From positions 154,380,001-154,444,000 of the forward strand of contig OX597815.1 in NCBI GenBank assembly GCA_951406725.2: a stretch of DNA of 64,000 nucleotides. The letters are read 5' to 3'. Of the stretch, positions 49,884 to 64,000 are shown piece after piece (position 1 is the first letter of the stretch; each line of letters opens with the position of its first letter). This DNA is from Octopus vulgaris (Eukaryota). The notes beneath the pieces are model-generated. The model did not search any database, had not been told where the DNA came from, and saw only the letters and a list, made by a program, of their open reading frames with translations. The position numbers and the translations under genes were made by a program.

Positions 49884-50247
49884 AAGAAGCTTACTCTCCA
49901 AAGTTCTGTGTTCATTGAGCAATTTGGAGCCGAACAAAGCTATTTGTGTGAATTTGGTAGACAGAAACTGGAAGAAGCTCGTCGTATATGTGTGTGTGTG
50001 TGTGTGTGTGCGTGTGTGTGCGTGCACGTCTTTGTTCTTGTATTCGACCTCACCACCAACTGACAACCAATGTTGGCGTGTTTACGTTCCCGTAACATAG
50101 CGGTTCGGCCGAAGAAACTGATAGAATAAGTTCCAGGCTTAACAAAAATACGTTCAAGGGTCGATACATTCGACTAAAATTTCTTCAAGGCAGTGCCCCA
50201 GCATTGCTGCAGTCAAGTGACTGTAACAAGTAAAAGATAAAGGATAC
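49884..50247 (+). mobile_element. Remainder of the split SINE family A copy
   Basis: GTTCTGTGTTCA..TTGAGCAA..GCCGAACAAAGC..TTTGGTAGACAGAAACTGGAAGAAGCTCGTCG, (GT)n, TTTACGTTCCCGTAAC, GGGTCGAT, CCAGCATTGCTGCAGTCAAGTGACTG: same order as the copies at 23428 and 57640. Confidence 0.85.
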
Positions 50248-50794
50248 AAAATCTTGAAAGTTTTACTACTCTGTGCATTGACAAACGAAATTCTCAACCT
50301 GACGTTGGCCTGAAAGAAAGCCACAAGATTATTCATCATCTTCCAATCAACAAATTTGGCCACCATTTTGAATGCTATATCTCCACTATTCGTCAACTCT
50401 TTTATTAAATAATAAGAAAAAAGAAGGAAAAACATCAGAGCAGCAATCATGATTAACTTTCGGAAACGTATTTCAGTGTTCAGAAGTGTCAAAGCATTTG
50501 ATTAAGCTATTCGCATCGATTGTTAGCTGTCAGAACGCTATTTCCTTCATAAGTTCCATGTTACCTGAAATTTGTGAACATTACTCCTGACGTATGCTTT
50601 TCGTTTTCAGTCTTTTTTATAGTTCAATTTTCTGTCACCGGCTTTCTTCTCTATGCTGCATGTGAATATTTGTTTTTTTCTGTTTTTTTTACTTCACGTT
50701 TTTCTGAGTTTGTCACATATTAAACCCTTATCCACTTGTTATTATCATTATTGTTATTACTATCATTGTTATGATTGTTCATGTATGATTATTA

Positions 50795-52930
<2,136 letters not shown>

Positions 52931-52952
52931 CATTATCATTATCATTATCATA

Positions 52953-53021
<69 letters not shown>

Positions 53022-53028
53022 GCTATTA

Positions 53029-53225
53029 GGTCGGTGAGCTGGCAGAATCGTTACCACTCCACGAGAAATACTTAGCGATATTTCGTCCGTTCCAGTTGAA
53101 ATTCCGCCGATGTTGACTTTGCCTTTCATCCTTTCGGGATCGATAAAATTAGTACTAGTTGAACACTGGTAAACGACCTAACTCCTTCCCCCGAAATTGC
53201 TGTCCTTCTGCCAAAATTTGAAATT
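53029..53225 (+). mobile_element. tRNA-derived SINE family B
   Basis: GGTCGGTGAGCTGGCAGAATCGTTA...GTTGAAATTCCGCCGATGTTGACTTTGCCTTTCATCCTTTCGGGATCGATAAAATTAGTAC. Confidence 0.85.
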
Positions 53226-53362
53226 TAGTTGAAGAAATCACTAAAATTTCTACAGATTAACTTGACATTGCTTAGATCGATATGCATGGCGAAAAATGTG
53301 TGATGATGCATCAAAGCTTGTGCTGATGAAAAAGAACAATAGGAGAATCATCCTCTGCAACG

Positions 53363-53482
53363 AATAGACACATTTGCTCAATTCCAGGCAAGATCAAAAT
53401 CACCAATGTCCACATGGACCAATAGACACATTTGATCAATTCTAGGCAACATCAAAATCAAAATCATCAATGTCCCCATGGC
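53363..53482. repeat. Two-copy ~58-bp tandem duplication
   Basis: AATAGACACATTTG.TCAATTC.AGGCAA.ATCAAAATCA...AATGTCC.CATGG occurs twice. Confidence 0.85.
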
Positions 53483-53937
53483 GACTTCACAGTAAAATCC
53501 GTTCCCGGACTCAAATTACATTCATGCATCCATCGCAAATAGATGCAAATTCTTAGACTTTTTTTGTTTTTGTAAAGTCTTTTTAACTTTAAATCTCCTA
53601 CAAACACTCATACATATAATATTTCTCTGCTCTGCTTTTTTTCAATTTAAGATGTTGCAAACAATTATGGTTTTGATCACAGTGAGACTAAAACTTTAGC
53701 ACCTACTGATTGCAAAACCAGACACGTTTATTCTTCTTGCCTTCTTCTCACTTGATTTGTACATATTTATGTAAGCAAATTTTTATCTTCTTACCATTGT
53801 AAAAAAATTTATTACCTGATCTGAATGTTTGTTGTAAACTATTTTTTGACTCATCACAGAGGATACACAAAGCCTCATACTCTACTTTTGAAAATATTTC
53901 CAAATAAGTGAAACCTGTTAAGTTAAATATATATATA

Positions 53938-53989
<52 letters not shown>

Positions 53990-53999
53990 TTATATAATA

Positions 54000-54078
<79 letters not shown>

Positions 54079-54182
54079 GATAATATATATCCAATATATA
54101 TATATATATTTATATACAATCATATATATATATGGGTAAAGTATATATTACGTATATACTACAAAATTAGAGAATGGAGAAA

Positions 54183-54281
<99 letters not shown>

Positions 54282-54456
54282 TGTATATATATATATATAT
54301 ATACATATATGTATATGTATATTTAAATGCATGACAGTTAGACATGCTTCAATGCTCAACTATTTTCTCGGAATTATAATATCCCTTCTACTCCCCTATT
54401 ATACTATTCCTTCTTTTTGTATTGACTCTAGCGTACGCTTAGTGAAATTATCTCTC

Positions 54457-55432
54457 TGTTATATAAGTACGGACGTAGCAGATAGCAGCTAGCCTTCGGT
54501 GGCATGGACCCTGTTGTGTCCACTACTCTGAATGGCTGGTATTGTCGCAGTTTGTCTCTTGCTCTATTACGCACCAATGTACAACCCAACCAATCTCAGA
54601 CTTCTGATAAGGTCACATGAGACAGTCTCTTCTGGATTTCCGTTTGCACCGACTAGACCCTATAACAAGCTAGTTTTCAACACCGTATTTCGTCTTTGGC
54701 TCTAGAACTTCTAAGGTCTAACCACTGACCACAAAGCTCACAGCCAGTTCTAGAGACAACAGCAGCCCACACGGAGAAACATCAACTCTTTGTCCAGCAG
54801 TATACAGGACCTCCATTTCCGTCGCCTCCGTCTTCTTAACGTCGCCAACCTCATCTCTATGTACACAGCAATCGTCGCCAGGTGCTATCTCCTCACAGTT
54901 CGTAAATTACTTCGCCAAGGTTAACAGCAAGTACGACCAGCGAGATCTTCTTTTATCAAGTGACGAGCAGCGGCATAGTAGCCACAACCTCTTACACGAT
55001 ATGTGCTTCAACCGGCTCTGCTTCTTCGCTACAACTTCTAGTTACCGCATTTCAACAATTGTGTACATACTACGAACTGGTATTTATCATCATTGAGTGT
55101 GAACGGTCTTCTAACGTCCCGTTATAGACTCTTTCCATGCTCTGTATTTTATCTCACACGCATACACCCTTGTTTCTACACATACACATTATGTATGCAT
55201 AACGGCCTGTCTATTATTATCATATATGTACTTATGTCGCACACACAGACACATACATGCTAACACCTAATTAAAACCTTTCTCTTAACATTCTATGGTT
55301 GTGTCGTCTTTCTTTTCCTACTGACACTTGTACTCATTTATCATTTTTGCTTTTATTATAAGCGACCGTGCTGTGTATTAAAGGAGTCATTCATTTGTCA
55401 CCTCTCTTCTCGCACAGTCGTTCTTACGACTC
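54457..55432 (+). mobile_element. Possible solo LTR
   Basis: ~1-kb GC-richer non-coding block starting TGT, with CCAAT, TATAA and ATTAAA in LTR-like order; no clear CA end or target duplication. Confidence 0.3.
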
Positions 55433-55884
55433 GTTTCTTTTTTTGTTTTGTAAAGTTTTGTCTTCTTTGATGCAGCTTGAACCGCTCATTAAAAGTACAT
55501 GGTGAGGGATACAGAAAGAATGCTGGAAAAGGTTTCATCATAGTACAGACTACTTTACAGCATTATTTATGCTATAAGAGTAACTGTTCTGCTTTAGCTT
55601 GTACATGTTGTGCATAAATTTATGCAAACAGGTTTTGTACAGTTGTTTGATGCAGAATTTACATGTTGTCTAAATACCTTAGTATACAGATATCACTTGA
55701 CTATAAATAAGAGGACTCTACATGTTATTAATGAATATTTTAATAATAAATGATATTCAAGCAGACTATTTTCAAAACCTCTGTAGACTACATCTGCAGT
55801 TAATCAACTGGAATTACGGTTCCTTCGCAGACAATACAATCTTCCCATTATATTGACATTGGCATTTAATAATATAATAATAAT

Positions 55885-57560
55885 GAAATTATTGTATACA
55901 GTACTCAGGTGCACCACAACTTGTCAAAAGTGCGTATAAAGCATATGCGGTAATGTACGAATGACTGGAAAGTGAACAGTGTATGAGCCGGATACATGCT
56001 TGCGTGTGCATGGAAGGGAGAAAATCAGGTGCAGTGTTGGCGAATCTCAGGAAGCATGGAGGTTTTGAAGGATGCAGTACTCCGACAACTAACAACTGAT
56101 GCTGGCAGTTTGCTCCACACCTCAGCAACTCTTAGCAGAAAAAATGTTTCCGAAATTCATGGTAGCTGTGCTGTTTTCTGACATTATAAACATGTCCACG
56201 GGTGTTAGACAGGTGGAGTTTGAAAAGGTACTCAGAGTTATTGTTTGTAGGATGGTAAATAATTTTATGGGTGCCTGTCAAGTCAGCAGCCAGACGTCGG
56301 AGTTTCAATGCATCCACGCCCAGGGAGGCAAGGCGTTCAGAATATGGCAAATGCCTGATGGAGGGTATTCTCTTGGTTGCACGTCTCTGAACAGCTTCCA
56401 GACGATTAATATCCTGGACAAGATAGAGATTCCAGACCGGTGATGCAAATTCCGGGTCGCACCATAGATATAACAGCCGCAGATAGATAGCCGGAGACCG
56501 GCTCACAAAGGACTTGGTGAGTGATGCCAAAACACCCTCAGTCTTCTTTGCAATTTTAGCAATGTATTTTGTCCAACACAAATCGTTGTCGACAATAATG
56601 TCCAGGTCACGTTCACAAGAAGACGTTTTGAGATTAGTGTTGTGGAGGGAGTAAGTAGACGCTGGGTTTTCCCTCCCAAAATGCATGGTGGTACATTTGT
56701 CCACAGCCAGCTTCAGTTGCTAGTCCATGATCCACTCCTGCATTGTGTCCAGGTCTGATTGCAATAAAGATCTATAGTGTACAGGATTTATCTTCTTTAT
56801 TTCGAGGTACAACTTGATGCCATCTGCATACTTCAGCACTGTGGCATTCTTTCAGTTGGCATCTATGTCATTAACATATGCAACAAATAAAAGGGGGCCA
56901 AGAACAGATGTCATCTCATAGGGTGAAGAGTGCTGTCCTAGAACTGTGACAACCTCTTTTCGGCCGGTAATGAAGGACTTCAACCAGTTATAGAGATCAT
57001 CTCTTAGGCCCATTGCAGAGAGTTTCACCATAAGTCTTTTGTGTGGCACAGAATTAAAAGCATTAGTAAAGTCCAGGTAAACAACATCCACCCAAGTTCC
57101 GCGATCAGTGATTCGGGTAATGTCCTCAAGAAACTCGATGAGTTGATTACAGCAGCTGGAGTTAGGATAAAATCCAAATTGTGACGGCTGGATGAGGATG
57201 TGAGACTTCCAGAAGTTCCAGAGGGTTTATCTGACACAGGATTCCATCAATTTGGTGATGCAGCTAGACGTGCCATGTGCGGTCACCTTTTTTGAACAGA
57301 GGGATAACACTGGCAGTTTTCCACTGCTCTGGAGTAACACCATTGTCAAGACAGAATTGAAAGAATAGTGAAAGTTGGTTTAGAAGAAAGTACCCACCGC
57401 GTTTGAGAAGTAGGTATGTAACACCATCGAGACCAGGAGAGGAATAGTTACGTTTATTCTTAAGGTGTCGTTATAGCATTGCTGGTGTAAATTTCATAGT
57501 AGTTATAGAGTCCCGTGTCAGAGGTGATGGAGATGGACAACTGTCACACCTAGGTTTGTC
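55885..57560 (-). mobile_element. Decayed 5'-truncated CR1-group LINE
   Basis: WKTASVIPLFKKG, DVVYLDFTNAFNSVPH, SVLGPLLFVAYVND, KYAD, ERDLDIIVD, LEAVQRRATKRI, TRGH. Confidence 0.9.
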
Positions 57561-57639
57561 TTGGTCACTTCGTCAATTTTCTCGTTGTTTTATTTCATGA
57601 ATTTCCTCTTTTATCTACGATGAAGCACATACAACACCT

Positions 57640-57857
57640 TACTCTTTACTCTTTCACTCTTCTGCTTGTTTCAGTCATTTGACTGTGTCCATGTTGGAGC
57701 ACCGCCTTTAGTCGAGCAAATCGACCCAGGACTTATTCTTTGTAAGCCTAGTACTTATTGTATCGGTGTCTTCTGCCGAACCGCTAAGTTACGGGAGGTA
57801 AACGCACCAGCATCGGTTGTCAAGCTATGTTGGAGGGACAAATACATATACACACAT

Positions 57858-57905
<48 letters not shown>

Positions 57906-58068
57906 GCATACGTCTGGTTTCTGTTAGTTTCCGTCTACCAAATCCACTCACAAGACTTTGGTCGGCCCGTGGCTGTAGTAGAAGCCACTTGCCCAAGGTG
58001 CCATGCGGTGGGACTGAAGCCGGAACCATGTGGTTGGTAAGAAAGGTACTTACCACACCAGCCACACC
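57640..58068 (-). mobile_element. tRNA-derived SINE family A, uninterrupted copy
   Basis: Minus strand GTGGCTGGTGTGGTAAGTACCTTTCTTACCAACCACATGGTTCCGGCTTCAGTCCC..., (GT)n, tail of AGAGTAA-like repeats. Confidence 0.88.
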
Positions 58069-58490
58069 TATTTTATTTTTCTTAGTATTTTATAAGCGAA
58101 GACTTGAGTGTGTTGTTGAGGAATTCAGTTACCAGTTAGGTTGTTTTGAGTTTTGAGCCCATTACGTGGTACGTTTAGAAATTGTCATCCACCGTAGCCT
58201 CATATTGACGAAATTTGTATGAATGATATACAATGGAGAAATATCGTATTATGAAACGCACTCGATACTCATGTTTTTGGTGGTAGATATTATCTTACTC
58301 GGTTTAACACCACTTAATTATGGGTATAGACGTTTTTTATGAGATCCACTCTGTCACGAAGTAATCGCTCTCTTATAAGTTGCTTTCTCTCTTTATACAT
58401 GTCTGTGTGTGAGCCTGTGCATATGTGTGTATAAGAATATAGCTTCCAATGCATTGTTGCGTGGTCATTCTCACTGCTCGCCAATAATGT

Positions 58491-58583
<93 letters not shown>

Positions 58584-58899
58584 CTGTATGTGTGTGTATG
58601 TGTGTGTGTGTGTATGTGTGTATATTCACATAAAAACTCCTCTTACGAAACTTTGTGTAATGAAAGCATAAACCTCACTCAGAATGTCGTCAGTGGATCG
58701 TCAAACACTGTCTCACTGTTCTATTTCTGTATAAACATTATAATTTTTTTAAACATTTCGATTTTAAACTACTGCAGTTTCTTGTTGATGTATTGATTCA
58801 TTTTAGCCTGGACAGGCCAGCTTTTCAAGAAATCAATGAATGTCTTTATTTCTAATTTCTATTCGGAATGAAGATTTCGACTTAAACATTTGGCATGTC

Positions 58900-58944
58900 C
58901 GTTACTGAAGAGGCAGAATAAGGTCGAAATACCAGGATTTGATG
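58900..58944 (+). ncRNA. Candidate degenerate type I hammerhead
   Basis: CGUUA-CUGAAGA-GGC AGAAUAAG GUC-GAAA-UACCAGGA-UU-UGAUG: core intact, stems I and II need G-U pairs, stem III weak. Confidence 0.4.
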
Positions 58945-59509
58945 ATCCAGTAGACTCATACTAAGGAAGATTTGACATCGGTACACAAAGTCTCTAAATA
59001 GAAATTTTCTGATATAAAATATTACAACTAGTGCCATTCTACGTTTGTATACAAATATATAAATGTTATACGCATATTTACATTACTGTAAAACTGTTTT
59101 GTGTGCAAAGTTTCATTATTCATGCATAGAAAAAATAAAATGCACAATACTCATCCGCAATATATTTCCTTTCATGCTTATCTGTCTTTTCTTTCTGTTT
59201 TCTATCACATACCTGTATTTGTAATGACAAAGGCCAATCTTTGCAATTTCTGTTTAATGTATCTTCCAGAAATAAATTTGATGTATTTTTGAACATGTGT
59301 TTTCATCTGTCAAATTTCGAAAACCGAGGATTTTATGACAGAAAATTCTAAGAAGTTAATAAATATTTTCTAAATAATTTTATATTAATAAGCTTTACAC
59401 AAACACATCGTATCTAGAAAAAGAGTTAGCGGAAATTTTGAAAAGATATATGACTTGTGAAATGTTGGAATATACTTTCTCTGGAAAGTCAAAGTGGTAT
59501 AAATTTGAG

Positions 59510-61620
59510 CCATCAATGGAGATGTACTACAGTGTCAGCTGTTCACTACCAGTGAACTAAGGTAACACCTCTTACTTTTTGAGCACCTTCCAGAATATTC
59601 GAGCGGTTCCAAGCAGTGCTGTTTTCTGCAAGTACTACAATCTTATTGCAGTCCCTATTTGTTCCACATACTTCTCGAGATTTTGCTCACTGTTCGCAGG
59701 GCTCCGACAATTATTGGTACTATTGCTACCTTTTTCATCGACCAAAACTGCTAAGCTTCCCAAGCTAACTTGTCATATCTCTCAAATTTTCTTTCTTCCT
59801 TAACGCATACCTTGTTGTCAGCTGGGCATGCTCTATCTATGATCCAGCATGCTTTGCATTCATTCTCAATTAAGACTATGGCTGTCTTCCTATTCTCAAT
59901 CTCATGGTCACAATGAATCATAAAGTCCCATAGGATCTTTGCATTTCTATTTTCGAATATGCCTTCGAGTTTGTGGTCGTACCAATTTTTGCACTGTCAT
60001 CTCCATACTTTTTGCAAAGTTTCCAATGGATAAAACTTGCTTTATTGTCTTGGCATCTCTTATATTCCTTCTAGGCTAGTGACATACATTGGCTGGTAAT
60101 ATACCATACGGTTTCACCATTTTGTCCACAGATTCTGCACTTATCACTTTCTGCTGTGTTGCCTATTTTGTATTTTATGTTGTTTGCTCTTGGGCAGCTC
60201 AGATTAGAGCCCTGTTTCCGGTTTTAAATTACTTTTAGTCATCCACAACCATCTTTTATATCTGTCTGTCTTATCTTCAACATCTCTATGAAATTAACCG
60301 TGCATTATTTTCTTTACCCACCTATTTTCAGTTTCATTCGTTTTCAATTTCTTGTATAGTGCTTTATCTTTGCAGTCTTTCATTCTACACAAGCCTGACC
60401 TTCATACTTCTAATAATAGTGGTTCTGTGGCAGTTTTTACATACCATTCTATGTTGTTTTCTTCTGCTCTGATGATGTGTTCGCATCCTATAAATCCTCT
60501 TCCCCCTCTTTCTTGGTACATACAAACTCTTTGTGTCACCTTTTGGGTGGAGTGACTTATATCTAGTTAGCAACGTCTTGTCTAAGCTGTTTAGTTCGTC
60601 TACTGTCCATGCGATTAACCCTGCTCCATATCTAAGGAATGAAACCGCCCAGGTGTTGATAGCTTCGGTCTTATCCCGTCTGTTTAATTTAGACTTAAGT
60701 ATCAGTCTCAATCTGCGCAAGCACTCTACCTTAAATTTTTCTGTCATTTCTTTCTCCATCAATTTCTCCATTCCCAAATCCCCAAGTACTTATAGTCCGT
60801 CTCTTCTATCTGCTTCATAGCCTCCCCTGACGGTATCGTTAACCCGTAAATACATTTGATTTTGCCTCCCTTGAAGACTAACACACCACAGTTTCTCAGT
60901 CCGAACTCAATTCTGATATCAGCACTGAAGGTATACACCGTATCAACGAGGAAACTGACTTGGGTTTCATTTTTACCATAAAGTTTGAGGTCATCCATCA
61001 ATAACAAATGGTTGACTCTTTGTTGGCGGATTTTGAATACATACCCAGCTTTTGCTTTCCTCAGAATCAGTGTTAGTGGTATCAAGCACAGTACAAAGAG
61101 GACAAGCAGTTCCCTTGGAAGATGCTCCTCCTAATTTCTACTGTCCCTAAACTTCTTCAGTATGCTGTCAGGTCCATCCTCCAATTCGCCATACTTTTTC
61201 CAAGCAATCGCTCAACATTCGATGCAATACCAAATAGGTTCATACACTCCGTAATCCAAGAATGTGGGAACATATGGTACACCTTACGATAGTCGATTCA
61301 TGACATGGCTAAGTTACTTTTCCTCCTCTTGCAGTCTCTGAGTACACTTTTGTCTATCAGTTTATCCTTGGTACCCCTGCACTTACGGTTGCAACCCTTC
61401 TGCTCATGTGGCAGGACTCGATTTTTTCCAGATGTTCGTACATTGATTCTGCGAGTATTTCAGTCAATAACTTCCACATAAGTGGCAAATAGGATATCGG
61501 CCTGTAATTGTCTACCGTATTGCCTTTTCCGATGTTTTTCAGGCCCAGCACTGTCCTACCCAATGTCAACCACTCTGGTGTTACTTGGTCGGCATTTAAC
61601 AAGGTGTTGAGTTGCGCAAG
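59510..61620 (-). mobile_element. Decayed 5'-truncated Dong/R4-clade LINE (RT, CCHC, RLE)
   Basis: [91 protein letters not shown]. Confidence 0.92.
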
Positions 61621-61631
61621 ACCTTGTAGGT

Positions 61632-61832
61632 GAGCTGCAAGGTGCAGGAGGAAAGAGTGAGAGAAAGTTGTGGTGGAAGAGTCAGCAGAAGTTCGCGTTT
61701 ACCTTCTGCCGGAGCCGCTTGGGTCTCAGGTGTTTCGCTCATAAACACACACATCGCCCGGTCTGAGATTCGAATCCACGATCCCTCGACCGCGAGTCCG
61801 CTGCTCTAACCACTAGGCCATGTGCTTTCACT
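61632..61832 (-). mobile_element. tRNA-derived SINE family D (head and part of body)
   Basis: Minus strand TGGCCTAGTGGTTAGAGC (A box)...GGATTCGAATCTC (B box), followed by a non-tRNA body. Confidence 0.8.
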
Positions 61833-61951
61833 TTTTTTATCGTAGGAAAGTCATAATGCCAATAATATCTCACAGCATGTTTCTATTTTACTTCTTTAAG
61901 TATAAGTCACATAAGCAATTAGGTAATTCATCAAATACTTAAATAATTGAC

Positions 61952-62017
<66 letters not shown>

Positions 62018-62022
62018 TGATG

Positions 62023-62093
<71 letters not shown>

Positions 62094-64000
62094 GTAAAAC
62101 AGAACTACTGCATGAATTTACTGTTGGCAAAACGATTCTTCTAAGATAAACAAAATCTGTTCCAACACGCGATTTCACATCAAGAATCTTGCAAGCCAAA
62201 TTACGAAAAAGAAAGACCACTAATTTAATATATTATACGTAATGTACCAAGTTTGGAAGACTCTGAGTTTCCAAGTAAGATTACTCTAAGTAACGACCCA
62301 CACCAAATCTACCTATGTTACATAAACTTTAGTATCTGGTCGCCTTAAAAAAATATCGATTTTATGAGCAAAGACTAGATGTCTGAAATGCGATTTTAAC
62401 TTTAGAAAATTACTGCTCGGAGCCATAACTTACTAAAGTTCTTTTTAAGTTTATACATATATATTTACACAAAAAACAGCCAACACACATTCATACACTC
62501 ATACAAACACATAGATCCACACATACAGTCACACAGACATTTCTTTATAAAATAAATGGAAATAATGTTTTTATACTTTTTCAGGGCCAGTTGTTTAAAG
62601 GTACCGTTCCACATCTACCACATACGTTATTATATTTGATAGAGAAAATAAAATCTCAAAAATACGACACCGAATCTTGTTCTCCATCCTCCTTTTCTTT
62701 TTACTTACATCACATTTGTCCTTTAAGAGGGATATTTGTGATGCAATGTATGTTGGAAAGTGAACATTAGAAAGCACTTACTCATATCAATCGGTGAAAT
62801 ACGTTTCATTTGATAGCTAAGATTTGTGTCTTGAACAACCTTCTTGAAGGTCAGTTTGAAGTGACTAATACGGTTACATCCATGGACTGAGAGGATTAAT
62901 GTTGTGCATAGCCCTGGAACCATACTGATTGCATAGACCCATGGTATATAGATGATGACCATCCCTTCCATTATATAAAATAGAAATTTTGGACAGGAAA
63001 AGTAATAGGCCTATAAACGTTAAATTCAAACAAAATTGAGCATTCGGTAAGAAATGATAGAAAAGATTGCGATAAAAATACGTATGGCGGATATAATGAA
63101 ACACTTATGTAGGAACAGGAGAGTTACGTCAATGTTTTATTAAGTTTAAAGATATCAAGATATCAAACTATAGAGATATAAATCAAGGTCAATAATTGAA
63201 TTGTAAAACAATACGACTCCGCATGATTTAATTTCCTTAACCTTATATGATGATATTTGCAATTATAAATAAGCATAACGCCTCGCATATTTTTGGTGCG
63301 AGTCATGAAGCAGCTTAAAATATTGAGAAGTGAGAAATTTAGAGCAAAGTAATTGGGGATTAATATTTTCATTTAAGAAATTTTGCCTTGCGTAACTTCA
63401 AAATACTTTATAGAATAGAAACGTACACATAGTGACAGAACATTCAAGAAATAGTAGTAAATTTCTTTCAAATAATACTTTATTGTCTTAAGAAATAAAA
63501 ATTCAATAATGTGACCCAAGACACACTATATCTAAAAGATAAGAAGATGATCAAGAAACGGACGCTCAAAGCTAGAACATTGTTTGCTTCTTTGGTCGGT
63601 TTCAGTTTTGCTACCTTTGGTTAGGCAACAATAACCGTCTGGAACTGAATAAATGTCACAGCATTCTATTTATGTTCTGACGTATAAACCCTCTGACTAT
63701 CGGTTTGATGATTTCTTCCATTTGGTAGAGAAATATATCATAGGATATGCTTCAGTTTCCAGTTCGAATCCCACATTTACATATACAATAGCTTTGAGAA
63801 AAATTTCACCATGAACTGACTTATTTAATCCAATAAGTCTTACGTTCTTGCATGCCGCAAGTAATCAAAATTAACGAGTCAATAAAATCTAATAAATTAG
63901 ACATTTTCATTATGTCATTTTTGAAAGCGAATTAACAAGTTTTGTTCCTTTTCTAAATAAGTCATCTGTTAAACATACTGACATTAGTCTTTTTAGTATA

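Noticed and set aside
61755-61832. tRNA gene
   Set aside because: A/B boxes are present but there is no clean acceptor stem, and it runs into a SINE body.

Overview
AT-rich, microsatellite-dense eukaryotic DNA with no host protein-coding exon that I can recognise. The repeat repertoire suggests an octopus/cephalopod genome (inference). Recognisable content is mobile-element debris: Penelope-like elements (PLEs), Dong/R4-type restriction-like-endonuclease (RLE) LINEs, CR1-group LINEs, mariner, hAT and Chapaev3-like transposons, and several tRNA-derived SINE families. Most ORFs in the supplied track are microsatellite or antisense artefacts. Three things stand out. (1) Two divergent ~2-kb ORF1-only L1/Tx1-like elements sit in tandem at one position inside the tRNA-derived head of a SINE, with the ~14-bp target present three times (45876-50247); a third relic lies next to another SINE head at ~2.5 kb. 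This is a candidate SINE-targeting retroelement family. (2) About eight type I hammerhead ribozyme motifs occur, two apparently intact (32970-33018 and 43485-43537, both minus strand); most lie in PLE terminal-repeat-like units in (TA)n tracts, two of them long palindromes. (3) A covarying TACC...stem-GGTAG-stem pseudoknot-like motif is shared by the 3' UTRs of two Dong/R4 LINEs and a 550-bp non-coding element found only in (TAA)n, implying a non-autonomous partner. All assignments are by eye; no searches were run.
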